Shown piece by piece: positions 35,491-44,679 of a stretch of 51,912 bases of DNA. Within the stretch, counting starts at the first letter, position 1; each line of letters opens with the position of its first letter. This stretch comes from an uncultured Lentisphaeraceae bacterium (GTDB taxonomy: Bacteria > Verrucomicrobiota > Kiritimatiellia > RFP12 > UBA1067), in contig CAZXVN010000612.1 in assembly GCA_964643945.1 (NCBI GenBank), forward strand, positions 1 through 51,912. Reading direction: 5' to 3'. The translations under genes were made by a program, and so were the position numbers. The notes below the pieces were generated by a model. It had not been told where the DNA came from, did no database searches, and saw only the letters and a program-made list of their open reading frames with translations.

Positions 35491-35566
35491 TGGTGGAGCG
35501 GAGGAGATTCGAACTCCTGACCCCCACGTTGCGAACGTGATGCTCTACCAACTGAGCTACCGCCCC
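35491..35566 (-). tRNA. tRNA-Ala(CGC): tRNA-Ala (anticodon CGC) with encoded CCA.
   Basis: The reverse complement folds as a cloverleaf: acceptor GGGGCGG/CCGCTCC with G3:U70, D arm GCTC-AGTTGGTA-GAGC, anticodon arm TCACG-TTCGCAA-CGTGG, T arm AGGAG-TTCGAAT-CTCCT, then ACCA. Confidence 0.95.
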
Positions 35567-35638
35567 ATGAATTTCAAAAAGTGGGTCAAACAATATCAAA
35601 CTTCCAGGGCGCGACGCAAGTGCGATTTTCAGAGACCG

Positions 35639-35680
35639 GAAAAACAAAGCGCCCCTTCTGTGCAGAAGAGGCGCGCTTTG
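35639..35680 (-). terminator. Rho-independent terminator after the mini-lipoprotein gene.
   Basis: The minus-strand RNA reads AAAGCGCGCCUCUUCUG-CA-CAGAAGGGGCGCUUU followed by GUUUUU. Confidence 0.6.
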
Positions 35681-35682
35681 CC

Positions 35683-35862
35683 TTATTCGTACCGGTTCAT
35701 GAAACCGCCTGGGAGCGGCACGGAGCCTTCCCACGGAGAAGGGGTGGACCACGGCATATCGGTTTCCGTCGGGCTGTCGGACATGCAGCCTGCTGTGATC
35801 AGCAGGGTCAGCAGCGCGGCCAGCCCGAGGAGGACGGGCGCCGACTTAGAAGAAGACCACAT
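35683..35862 (-). CDS. Mini-lipoprotein (59 aa).
   Basis: MWSSSKSAPVLLGLAALLTLLITAGC is a signal peptide with a lipobox-like ITAGC. GGAGA lies 7-8 nt upstream of the ATG. The gene overlaps the end of the upstream gene. Confidence 0.4.
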   Translation of the reverse strand: MWSSSKSAPVLLGLAALLTLLITAGCMSDSPTETDMPWSTPSPWEGSVPLPGGFMNRYE

Positions 35863-36976
35863 CACCTTTCTCCACGGGCGCCTGCTGCCAATCGTTCAGG
35901 ATGTCGGCGACCACCAGGTTCCTGCCGCGCACGATCTGGCGCAGTTTGATGCGCGTGACGAACTCGCCTGCCGCGCTCTGGCGGCCTGTGCGGCGGACGT
36001 TCATCTCAAGCTGTGGCATCGCGTTCTGGCGCTCGGGGCCGAGCATCTCGGTGATGGCGTCGTTGGAGAAGTCGATGATGACGAATTTGAGTGCGTCGTT
36101 GGCCTCAATGATCGTGCCCTTGTCGCCGGCGGAAAGGCTGGTGACGGTCGAGCCGCCTTCTAACGGATTGCCTGTGGGTGTGCCCATTAAGCACTTCTTG
36201 AGCTCCTTGATCAACTTCTGGGCGTTGGCAAGGTCCTCGGTGAGCGTGACCTTCGCCTCATTCAAGACCTCGATCTCATTCTTGGCGTCGGCGAGTTCGG
36301 CGGCGAGCTCTTTCTTCTCAGCGGTCAGCTTGGCGACACGTGCTTCAAGGCCCTCGATCTCGGCCTTGAGGGAGACAATCAGCTCGTTGGCGGCCTTGAG
36401 CTCGATCTTGGTGGCGCGGCCGTCGATCTTCAGCTTATTGATCTCTTCGACCGCAGCGGTGAGTTTCTCGCGCAGCTTGGGGAGTTCGGCACGGGTCTTG
36501 TTCAGCGTGGCCTGCTGAGCATTGGCGCGCTCCAAGACCTGGTCCAGAAGCTCCTGCATGGAGCCCGGGCCCTTGGTCGTGGGCTTGTTGTCCAGAGGGT
36601 CGAGGACGTACTTGCCTTCCGCATTCAGCACAAAGTAACTCCGAAGCTGCAAGCGCTTGTCGATGCTGCCAAAGTCAATCGTCGGCAGGTTCTGTTGCTC
36701 CAGCTTGATGGGATACCCTTCGAGGACCGCTTCTTTGTCGGGGTTGTCGATCGCACGGTCCGTAACGTCCGAGACATCTTTTTTGATGTCGGGTGCGGTT
36801 GCGTCTGCGGCGTCTGCGGCCTCGATGGTCTTGGCCAGTTTGACAACTTGATCTTCCAACACACTACTCCTTTTCGTCAGGAGTTCCTGCTTCCCAAACA
36901 GCATGTATGCGAAAAGCAGAGAAACAGTACTTAGAACTAAGATGATGATAACTAATACTCGGAGCAACTTACCCAT
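35846..36976 (-). CDS. Membrane-anchored long coiled-coil protein with a C-terminal beta-rich domain. Hypothetical.
   Basis: Starts at MGKLLRVLVIIILVLSTVSLLFAYMLF (TM anchor). Heptad-rich region LKAEIEGLEARVAKLTAEKKELAAELADAKNEIEVLNEAK. C-terminal block GTIIEANDALKFVIIDFS...VADILNDWQQAPVEKGDVVFF. Confidence 0.6.
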   Translation of the reverse strand: MGKLLRVLVIIILVLSTVSLLFAYMLFGKQELLTKRSSVLEDQVVKLAKTIEAADAADATAPDIKKDVSDVTDRAIDNPDKEAVLEGYPIKLEQQNLPTIDFGSIDKRLQLRSYFVLNAEGKYVLDPLDNKPTTKGPGSMQELLDQVLERANAQQATLNKTRAELPKLREKLTAAVEEINKLKIDGRATKIELKAANELIVSLKAEIEGLEARVAKLTAEKKELAAELADAKNEIEVLNEAKVTLTEDLANAQKLIKELKKCLMGTPTGNPLEGGSTVTSLSAGDKGTIIEANDALKFVIIDFSNDAITEMLGPERQNAMPQLEMNVRRTGRQSAAGEFVTRIKLRQIVRGRNLVVADILNDWQQAPVEKGDVVFF

Positions 36977-37307
36977 TGTAAATACCTCAACGTTTACTTG
37001 TGACACGTTTGGCGCATACGGTTAAAATTAATTCAAAAGTGGGGGTGACTGCAACAACAAAGTGAGGCATCGGCGTTTTTTTTTGATTTTGCGTCTTTTT
37101 GCTCCGAAAAACAGGGCTTTTTTGTTCTGCCCGGCAGGGCGGGCCGGATGCGTGCGGGGTCGCTGTTGCGGATGAAAGGGGGAACCCGTGCGGTATCCGG
37201 ACAGGAGGGGGGTGCCTACACCTGTAAGCATTTTCATTTTTCTTTTTCACTTTTCCACTCTTTGAAATTGATCCGCCCGCAAACTTACTATAAAATATCC
37301 GCCACTT

Positions 37308-40300
37308 ATGAACGAGAGGAACTCTAACAGATTGCTGGGTTTCGGGTTCGTGTTTCTGCTGTGCTCCCTCCTTCCGCTTGCCTGTGTGCAGGCGCAGCAG
37401 GATGCAGGTGACGGGGATGCGGCGTTGAGACAGGAGTTCATGTATATTGAGCTGCTGCAGCAGATGCGCATGCCGGATATCGCCGACGAGGTGATCGCCG
37501 AAGCGAAGAAACACTATCCTGAGGCGGCCGCGAAGTTCAAGGTTTCCGAGATTCAGGGCCTGCTGTCGCAAGGCAAATTTGATGACGTCAAGAAGCTTGT
37601 GGATGCGATCAAGGACAAGAACAGTCCGGAGTTCTGGGCGCTGACCCTCGCGATGGCGGATGCGTATTACGCCTTCCAGAAGTACGCGGACGCCGACAAG
37701 CTCTATCTGGGTTTTTTCAAGAACGTGGACAAACCCTCGCCCGCGCTGGTCGCGTTCTACCGCGATGCGGCCTATAAATATGCCCAGATGCTCCTGTATT
37801 TGGGCAAGGACCGCGAGGCTCTGGATGCCTATCGCCGCATCTTCAAGGTGCCGCTGGAAGAGGAGGTCGCGCGTCAGATCCACGCCGACATGGCCGAACT
37901 GATGTTGAAGATGGCGCCCGACCTTCAGAATAAAGAGGAGAAGGCGGCGCTCCTGAAAGAAGCCGAGGGGCTGATCGACAAGTTGCTCTGGAAGCAGGAC
38001 ATCTGGTTCGGCAAGGCGATCGTGATGAAAGCGCACATCTTCCTCCTGCGCGGAAACGTGAAGGGCGCGCAGGAGCTGGTCGACACCTACATGCCGCAAC
38101 TGAAGATCATCCACGACTCGTTGCTCGAAGCGGATAAGGACGGGTCGCTGGGACAGCTGCGCATGAGCCCGATGCCCCAGTGCCGCTATCTGCTCGCGCT
38201 CCTGTTGATGAACGAGGCGCTGGCCGAGGCGAAGAAGCCCGGGGGCAATGACGAACACATCAAAGACCTCCTGCTTGGCGAAAGGGATCCGCAGACCAAG
38301 CAGCGCAAGAACAACGGCGCGTTCGCGCACTTCGTCAACGTCTTCATCCGTTTCCCGGAGAGCCAGTGGGCGGCTGAGGCGGGTGAACGCTCGGAGGTCA
38401 TCCGCAAGTTTGTCAAGGACCGTTACGGCGCGGACTTGCGCACACCCGTGACGGCCGAGCAGATGGCTAAAGTCCGTCAGATGCAGTTTGCCGGGGCGCG
38501 GCTCGTCTTCAGCCAGAACCAGTTCAAAGAGGCCATTGAGAAGTATCTGCTCGTGCTCAACCAGTTTCCTGAATCGCCAGAGTCCATCCCCGCCCTGGGC
38601 GATCTGGCGGTCAGTTACATCGAGTTCGCCGACAAGGATCCGGACGCGCTGCTGCTGGCCGATACCGTGACCGCGCATCTCTCCGAGCGTTTCTCGGCCA
38701 ATGCCAAACTCATGAAGGACGCCGGTGATCAGGTGCGGCGCATCGCCGAACATTTCGGCGAGATGAAGATGGAAGACAAGAAGCGCCAAACCTACGCCTT
38801 GTTCTTCCGCGACTATCCCGCGCACCATGCGGCCGGCCAGCTCGTGATGAGTTTCGGCGAACGCGAGTTCGAGGCCAAGAACTATGCGGGCGCGATGGGC
38901 TTCTACAAGCAAGTCGCCGAGATCTACACCAACTCGCCCTACTATTTCGACGCGCTCAACCGGATGACGCAGGTTTACAAAGAGGAGGGCGACAGCACCA
39001 ACGAGATGCAGATGCTCAGCTTCTATATCGCCCGGCTGTCGGAACGTGCGCACCCGGGGAACGCCTGGGTCTTGGGGCGCTTCCGCCTGGCCGAAGCCCA
39101 GCGGGAATATGGCGTCAAACTGGCCCGGTCCGCAAGCACCAACGAGAACAGCGAGGCGGTCCAGAAAGAGGCGGCGATGTGGATCGAGCAGGCGAAGCAG
39201 GGTTTCGTCGGAGTGGCCAAGGTGCTCTCCGAGTCTGCGGCGGCCTACCAGACCAACGAGGAGGAGAAGAAGCGCAATGAGCAGATGCTCGATTTGGCGA
39301 CCTTCTCCAAAGCGGTGTGCCTGACGCAGACCGCCTATCCGCAGGAGAAGCTGCCCGCGCTCCGCAAGGAGGCGCTGGCCGCCTTCGAGGAGTATGTCAA
39401 GCGGTATCCCAAGGGCGCTCAGGCGGCCAAGGCCCAACTGCAAATCGGCACGATCTACACCGTTCTGCAGGAGGTGCCCGGTGCGCAGGCCGCGTTCGAG
39501 AAGCTGAGCAAGAACTATCCGGATTCGCCCGAGGCCAAGAACTCGGTGCCGATGCTGGCCGCGAGTTTGATCGATATGGGCTTGCGCGCCGAGGGCGTGG
39601 CCAAGTATCGCGAGATGTTTGCGGCGGGCGGCACCTACACGGAGAGTCAGTTCATGGCGGCGGCCCAGGCGCTGGAGGAGGCTAAAGAGTACGACATGGC
39701 GTTTCAGGCGTACGAGAAACTGCTCGCGACCGCCAAAGACCTGTCGTTGGTCGCCAACGGCAAGCTCGGCCGCGCCCGCGTGCTGGCGGGGCAGAAGAAA
39801 TACCCGGAAGCCCGTAAGAGCCTCAACGAGTTCATGGCGGACAAGGCGCTGTCGAAGCTGCAGCTGGTGGTTGACGCCAACTTGTTGCTCGTGGAAGTGG
39901 CGAGCGAAGAGGGCAAGCTCGAACGGGATGACAACGAGCGCACGCGCCTTTTCAATGTCGCGGTCGATGCGTTGAAGATGGTGAGAAAATACCGTAAGGA
40001 GCCTGAAGAGATTGCGGCTTTGGAACTGGCCGCAGGTGAAATCATGTTGCGCAAGATGGACGCCGAGAAGAAGCTGGGCCTCACCACGCAGGCGGGTGAG
40101 TCGCGCGGCAAGGCGATCGTGGCCTTTCAGGTCATGATCCTCAACATGGATCCCGGCAACGCCAAACAGGCCGCGATCCTGGAGAAGGCCTATTTCTACT
40201 GCGTGCCGTTGCTGTTGGACCACAAGAAAGCGAAGGATGCGCAGGAGGACTGCGAGACCTATCTGCGGATCTTCCCGAACGGACGTTACACCACGGACAT

Positions 40301-40337
40301 TCAGAACTGTCTGAATCAGGCGAAGGTCGGGCAATAA
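37308..40337 (+). CDS. Secreted giant TPR-repeat protein (1009 aa).
   Basis: Signal peptide LLGFGFVFLLCSLLPLACVQAQQ. There are many TPR-like helical hairpins, for example ADAYYAFQKYADADKLYLGF, FEAKNYAGAMGFYKQVAEIY, IGTIYTVLQEVPGAQAAFEKLSKNYPDSPEA. Confidence 0.75.
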   Translation: MNERNSNRLLGFGFVFLLCSLLPLACVQAQQDAGDGDAALRQEFMYIELLQQMRMPDIADEVIAEAKKHYPEAAAKFKVSEIQGLLSQGKFDDVKKLVDAIKDKNSPEFWALTLAMADAYYAFQKYADADKLYLGFFKNVDKPSPALVAFYRDAAYKYAQMLLYLGKDREALDAYRRIFKVPLEEEVARQIHADMAELMLKMAPDLQNKEEKAALLKEAEGLIDKLLWKQDIWFGKAIVMKAHIFLLRGNVKGAQELVDTYMPQLKIIHDSLLEADKDGSLGQLRMSPMPQCRYLLALLLMNEALAEAKKPGGNDEHIKDLLLGERDPQTKQRKNNGAFAHFVNVFIRFPESQWAAEAGERSEVIRKFVKDRYGADLRTPVTAEQMAKVRQMQFAGARLVFSQNQFKEAIEKYLLVLNQFPESPESIPALGDLAVSYIEFADKDPDALLLADTVTAHLSERFSANAKLMKDAGDQVRRIAEHFGEMKMEDKKRQTYALFFRDYPAHHAAGQLVMSFGEREFEAKNYAGAMGFYKQVAEIYTNSPYYFDALNRMTQVYKEEGDSTNEMQMLSFYIARLSERAHPGNAWVLGRFRLAEAQREYGVKLARSASTNENSEAVQKEAAMWIEQAKQGFVGVAKVLSESAAAYQTNEEEKKRNEQMLDLATFSKAVCLTQTAYPQEKLPALRKEALAAFEEYVKRYPKGAQAAKAQLQIGTIYTVLQEVPGAQAAFEKLSKNYPDSPEAKNSVPMLAASLIDMGLRAEGVAKYREMFAAGGTYTESQFMAAAQALEEAKEYDMAFQAYEKLLATAKDLSLVANGKLGRARVLAGQKKYPEARKSLNEFMADKALSKLQLVVDANLLLVEVASEEGKLERDDNERTRLFNVAVDALKMVRKYRKEPEEIAALELAAGEIMLRKMDAEKKLGLTTQAGESRGKAIVAFQVMILNMDPGNAKQAAILEKAYFYCVPLLLDHKKAKDAQEDCETYLRIFPNGRYTTDIQNCLNQAKVGQ

Positions 40338-40367
40338 CCGTAACCCCGGATTTTAAGGAGCAAACGA

Positions 40368-41168
40368 ATGAAGACGAGCGCATATATAGGAAGGGTCGCG
40401 GTGGCGGTGACGATACTTGCCGCAGGCGCGGCCGCCGCCCAGATCGCGGGCGTGATCACGACGCTGGAGGGCAAAACGGTCTCAGGGTCGATCAGGTGGA
40501 AGATCAAAGAGAAGGCCTATGCGGTCACAGCCAACAACGTGGAACTCGACGTCGCGCTTGCCAACGTCAAAGAGCTCCAGGTGCCCAAGCCGAAGGAGTT
40601 GGATGCCGCGATCGCCAGCGTTGCGCAGGGCAACGTGGAGGCGGCGATCCCGACGCTGGAGAAAATCTCCGGCGACTACCTGATGTTGCAGTGGGGCAAG
40701 ATCGCGACGCGCCAGTTGGCCGAAGCATATGTCAAGATCGGCCAAGCCGACAAGGCGATCCGCGTGTGCGAACGGAACATCGCCTCCAACCCCGAGGACG
40801 CCTATCTGGGCGAGATGGCGCCGGCCTACTGGCAGGCCTTGCTGAAGGCTGACCGCGCCTCCAAGGTGGATGAGCTGTTGGCCAAGGCGATAAAGAGCGG
40901 CGACCGCGGAGCCTCTGCGGCCGCGCTGACCATGCGCGGAGACATCGTCTTGGCTACGGGCGAGACGGGCGATATTGCGAAGAAGGCGCTCCGCGACGGC
41001 TATCTGCGCGTGGTGACGCTGTACAAGAGCGAGAAGGCGGCGCAGCCCGAGGCGCTCTATAAGGCGGCCAAGTGCTTCGAGAAGATCGGACAGGCTTCGC
41101 GTGCAGATCAGATGCGCACCACGCTGAAGAGCGATTTCGGCGCGTCCGAGTGGGCGCGCAAGCCGTAG
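40368..41168 (+). CDS. Secreted protein with an N-terminal beta domain and TPR-like helical repeats.
   Basis: Signal peptide AVAVTILAAGAAAAQIAG. Helical repeats include LAEAYVKIGQADKAIRVCERNIASNPED and ALYKAAKCFEKIGQASRADQM. Confidence 0.6.
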   Translation: MKTSAYIGRVAVAVTILAAGAAAAQIAGVITTLEGKTVSGSIRWKIKEKAYAVTANNVELDVALANVKELQVPKPKELDAAIASVAQGNVEAAIPTLEKISGDYLMLQWGKIATRQLAEAYVKIGQADKAIRVCERNIASNPEDAYLGEMAPAYWQALLKADRASKVDELLAKAIKSGDRGASAAALTMRGDIVLATGETGDIAKKALRDGYLRVVTLYKSEKAAQPEALYKAAKCFEKIGQASRADQMRTTLKSDFGASEWARKP

Positions 41169-41273
41169 GCAGGATAACGGTTTGCCGCACCGGCGGGTGT
41201 GGGTTTACCGAGGAACGGATTTCGGTTAGTCAACGAAACGAATGTGGGCACAAGAAAACAAAGCAAGAGGTTA

Positions 41274-42083
41274 ATGATGAAAAGACTGGTGATGGCAGCA
41301 GTGGTGTTTGCAGGTTTGACAATGGGTTCCGCTCAGGTGATGGCGCAGGCTGCGGCGGATCCGGCACCCGCAGGGGCGGCGGAGGCCGCCGTGATTGAGC
41401 CTGCGGATCCTGCGGCGGCGGCTGTTGCCGCCAAGAAATCCAAGAACAGCACCGGTTTTTGGGCGGTGGTGATTGGCTCAGGCTGGCTGGGCGTGTTGCT
41501 GTGGATGGCGCTGTTCGGGTGCGCGGGGGCAGCCATTTATTTCATCGTCGACTGCTCCGTCATGATCCGTGCGCAGAAGGTGATGCCGCAGTCGCTCATC
41601 AACAACGTCAAGGCCGGTATGGCCGAAGGCGATGTGATGAAGGCCATCCATGCGTGCGACACCGAGCCCGGCCCTATGGCGAACATCCTGACGGCAGGGT
41701 TCTCGCATGTGGAGGAAGGCTTCGAGATCATTCAAGAATCGATCGCGGCGGCGGCTGACTTGGAGACCGAGCGTATCATGCAGCGGCTGACCTGGATTTC
41801 GGTGTGCTCCAACTTGGCCCCGATGTTGGGCCTGCTCGGCACCGTGCAGGGCATGATCATGTGCTTCGGCACGCTGGCCACGGGCGCCCCGGACGTCGCC
41901 TCGCTGGCGCTCGCCATCGCCCAAGCACTGTGGACAACCGCGGCGGGCTTGTCGATCGCCATCCCGGCCATCACCTTCTACTACAGCATCCGGAACAACG
42001 CCAACCGCCTGATCTTGCGCATGCAGGCGATGACCATGGAACTCATCAAGGACCTGCGTAACGTCGAGGTTGTGAACGGCTAA
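41274..42083 (+). CDS. exbB: MotA/TolQ/ExbB proton-channel family protein with an N-terminal signal/extension.
   Basis: aagagg RBS precedes ATG 41274. The C-terminal core is LTWISVCSNLAPMLGLLGTVQGMIMCFGTLA...ALAIAQALWTTAAGLSIAIPAITFYY. Confidence 0.85.
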   Translation: MMKRLVMAAVVFAGLTMGSAQVMAQAAADPAPAGAAEAAVIEPADPAAAAVAAKKSKNSTGFWAVVIGSGWLGVLLWMALFGCAGAAIYFIVDCSVMIRAQKVMPQSLINNVKAGMAEGDVMKAIHACDTEPGPMANILTAGFSHVEEGFEIIQESIAAAADLETERIMQRLTWISVCSNLAPMLGLLGTVQGMIMCFGTLATGAPDVASLALAIAQALWTTAAGLSIAIPAITFYYSIRNNANRLILRMQAMTMELIKDLRNVEVVNG

Positions 42084-42236
42084 ACGCGCAGGCCGCCTCT
42101 TGCCGCGCGGAGACCGTGCGGCGGAGGCGGACAGCCCTTTGGCCGGACGGCCGGCGAGGGTGCGCCCGGCCGGGTTTCCGATCCGGCAACACGTTAAAAC
42201 CATCTGCGGCAGACACCGCAATTCGGATCCTGAAAA

Positions 42237-42668
42237 ATGGGCAAATCTCACACAACACAATGCGAAATGGATATGACGCCGATGATCGACGTCGTCTTCC
42301 AGTTGATCATTTTCTTCGTCGTCACGATGAAGATGAGTCAGGACTTCAACAAGGAAATCGTTCTGGAAGACGGCAAACACGGCGTCATCATCACGCCGGA
42401 AAACATGCCGCCGACCTCGCTGGAAATCGAGGTGGCTAAGAACGGCCGCATCTCGATCCATAACGCCACGTTGTCTGAGGCCAACTTACGCGACATTATG
42501 AAGGCCCGCGTCAACAAGCACGGCAACACCTTCCCGGTGTTGATCCGTGCGGACCGTCGTACGCAGCACGAGCGGGTGCGCAGGGTCATGAACATTTGCA
42601 CCGAAGCGGGGATCTCGACGCTCTCGTTCGTCGCGATTGAGGAGCACAAGGCCAAAGGCGGCAAGTAG
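42237..42668 (+). CDS. exbD: ExbD/TolR family biopolymer transport protein.
   Basis: DMTPMIDVVFQLIIFFVVT, followed by a periplasmic domain containing VLIRADRRTQHERVRRVMNICTEAGI. Confidence 0.85.
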   Translation: MGKSHTTQCEMDMTPMIDVVFQLIIFFVVTMKMSQDFNKEIVLEDGKHGVIITPENMPPTSLEIEVAKNGRISIHNATLSEANLRDIMKARVNKHGNTFPVLIRADRRTQHERVRRVMNICTEAGISTLSFVAIEEHKAKGGK

Positions 42669-42684
42669 GCAGGAGCGTTCTTTT

Positions 42685-43089
42685 ATGGCGTATAAACGAA
42701 AAGAAAACAAGGGCGAAAGTCCGAAGCTGGACATGACGCCTATGATCGACGTGGTGTTCCAGCTCCTCATCTTCTTTGTGGTGACGCTGAAGCAGGAAGA
42801 CATCCTGTCCAAGCTTTCGGCTTTGAGCCCCGCGCCGGACCCGAAGGCCATCAAGGAGAAACAGATCGAGCCGATCAACATCCAGGTGGGGGCTCAGGGC
42901 TTTGTTTTTAACGGGCGTCCGGTCCGGCTTGAGGAGTTGGATACGCGCATCGGGCGGTTGTCGGGATATGACAAAAAATCCATGATCCTCATCAAGTGTA
43001 CGATGGATTCGCCGCACGCTTTTCTGGTGCAGGCGCTGGATGTGTGCAACAAGCACGGCATGACCAATCTGGCAATCTTCAGCATGTGA
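42685..43089 (+). CDS. exbD: ExbD/TolR family biopolymer transport protein (second paralogue).
   Basis: DMTPMIDVVFQLLIFFVVTLK, then ILIKCTMDSPHAFLVQALDVCNKHGM. ATG 42685 follows the previous stop by 16 nt. Confidence 0.85.
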   Translation: MAYKRKENKGESPKLDMTPMIDVVFQLLIFFVVTLKQEDILSKLSALSPAPDPKAIKEKQIEPINIQVGAQGFVFNGRPVRLEELDTRIGRLSGYDKKSMILIKCTMDSPHAFLVQALDVCNKHGMTNLAIFSM

Positions 43090-43102
43090 TAAGGAAGCTG
43101 AC

Positions 43103-44674
43103 ATGAGTGACAAAGTGGATATGAACGAGGTAAACGTGCATCTTGAAGAGATCAACGAGATGTATAAGGAAGAGTCTTACCTCCACCGCCTGAAGAAGAT
43201 GTTCAAAGGGCTGAAGTCGCCGCGGCAATCCCTCGATTACAAAGAGGCGATGATCGAGATGCAGCGTTTATCGGCACCGGCCGCCGCCGTGCTTTTGCCG
43301 CTTTTCGCCATTGGCGTGCTTCTGATTATGGAAGGCAGGGGCATTTCTCAAGACCGGGTGATCCAGACGCAGGTGGTCGACACCCAGCCGGCCGAGAACC
43401 TCGACAAGATCGAGGATATCAAGAAGCCCGAAGAGCAGATTGACGACCCGAATATCCAGGTCACCGTGAACAACCCGAACGTGCAGAACGAAGCGGTGAA
43501 TCAGCCGATGAGCGCGAAGCCGCAGGATTTCGATGCGGTGATGACGGTCAGGAGCCCCATCATCCTCAAGAACATCTACGGAAGCACCCGCAACACCGGC
43601 GCGCGCGGCGCGCTGGTCGCACGTTTCGGCGGCGACCGGCAGACCGAAGAGGCGGTCATGCACGCCCTGCGCTGGCTCAAGAAGAACCAGAATTCGGACG
43701 GGTCGTGGAGCGCGCAGAGGATCGCCATGACCGGCCTCGCGGTGCTGACCTTTCTGGCGCACGGCGAGAAGCCGGGTTCGTCGCCCGAGTTCGGCGAAAC
43801 AGTCCAGAAGGGGCTGGAGTATCTGGTCAGCCACCAGGGAACGGATGGCAGGTTTACGGGTATGGACGGCAACGGGTATGCCCATCCCATCGCGACCTAC
43901 GCGCTGTGCGAGGCCTACGGCATGACGCTCAATCCCAACGTCAAGGCCGCGGCCGAGAAGGCGCTCGATCCCATTATCAAAGGCCAGCATTCAAACGGCG
44001 GCTGGGACTACAACATGAACCCCGGCACCTCCCGTGACGACACCTCGTATATGGGCTGGTGCGCCCAGGCGATTAAAGCCGCCAAGCTGGCCAAGATCCA
44101 GGTGGCGGACCTGGACAAGGTTGCCAAGCTGGCGATCAAAGGCTTTAAGAGCAACGCCGGCGGCAGCGGCGGCTTTGGTTACACCGGAGCGGGGCAGGGC
44201 GGCCTCACGAGCGTCGGCACCCTGTGTATGCAGTTGCTCGGCGCGTCCAACGAGAACGAGGTTAAGTTGTCGCTCGACCTGATGGACGCTTGGCAGCCCT
44301 CCATGGATAAGAACCCGGTCGGCGAATCGCCCCAGTATTACTTCTACTATGCCACTCAGGCCAAGTTTCATGCCGGCGGCAAACGCTGGGACAACTGGAA
44401 CAAGGCGATGAAGCCGCTTTACATCGGCACGCAGAAGATCATCAAGAACGGCATTAAGGACCACAACGGCAAGGATCAGGATATCGGCTGGTGGGAGAAC
44501 GGGGATACCCATACGGACCGCCCGGTGATGGACACCTGCCTGGCCGCGCTGCAGTTGATGGTCTACTACCGGTATCTGCCGACGACCAGCAAGGACGCCG
44601 TGAAGGTTGAAGAGGAGATCGTGGCGACGTCAACAGATACCGAAGACATCAAGGTCGAAACCGGGAATCTGTAA
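43103..44674 (+). CDS. Bitopic membrane protein: cytoplasmic N-terminus, one TM helix, an acidic/Pro-Gln linker, and a prenyltransferase/squalene-oxidase-repeat (alpha/alpha toroid) domain.
   Basis: TM helix APAAAVLLPLFAIGVLLIM. Linker DTQPAENLDKIEDIKKPEEQIDDPNIQVTVNNPNVQNE. Toroid repeats ALRWLKKNQNSDGSWS, YLVSHQGTDGRF, IIKGQHSNGGWDY. No TonB C-terminal domain was recognisable. Confidence 0.65.
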   Translation: MSDKVDMNEVNVHLEEINEMYKEESYLHRLKKMFKGLKSPRQSLDYKEAMIEMQRLSAPAAAVLLPLFAIGVLLIMEGRGISQDRVIQTQVVDTQPAENLDKIEDIKKPEEQIDDPNIQVTVNNPNVQNEAVNQPMSAKPQDFDAVMTVRSPIILKNIYGSTRNTGARGALVARFGGDRQTEEAVMHALRWLKKNQNSDGSWSAQRIAMTGLAVLTFLAHGEKPGSSPEFGETVQKGLEYLVSHQGTDGRFTGMDGNGYAHPIATYALCEAYGMTLNPNVKAAAEKALDPIIKGQHSNGGWDYNMNPGTSRDDTSYMGWCAQAIKAAKLAKIQVADLDKVAKLAIKGFKSNAGGSGGFGYTGAGQGGLTSVGTLCMQLLGASNENEVKLSLDLMDAWQPSMDKNPVGESPQYYFYYATQAKFHAGGKRWDNWNKAMKPLYIGTQKIIKNGIKDHNGKDQDIGWWENGDTHTDRPVMDTCLAALQLMVYYRYLPTTSKDAVKVEEEIVATSTDTEDIKVETGNL

Positions 44675-44679
44675 TTCCT

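Noticed and set aside
37268-37296. Sigma70-like promoter TTGATC-17 nt-TAAAAT just upstream of the TPR gene.
   Set aside because: It would place the TSS only ~5 nt before the ATG (near-leaderless). Promoter consensus for this lineage is unknown to me, so this is a chance match until a TSS is mapped.
165-40334. Very long antisense or off-frame ORFs in the track. Examples: 165..1043(-), 3427..4731(-), 15029..16177(+), 27940..29577(+), 30009..31040(+), 32780..34477(-), 33502..34437(+), 36987..40334(-), 44566..45702(-), 47890..48990(+).
   Set aside because: Their translations are Arg/Gly/Pro/His-rich and low-complexity, with no recognisable motifs. Each is the mirror of a strongly supported gene on the other strand or frame. 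These are typical shadow ORFs of high-GC DNA.
42147-42177. GC-rich hairpin (cggccgg...cccggccggg) in the 153-nt exbB-exbD spacer as an internal terminator or attenuator.
   Set aside because: Only a 3-nt T tract follows. GC-rich palindromes are frequent at this base composition, so there is no further support.
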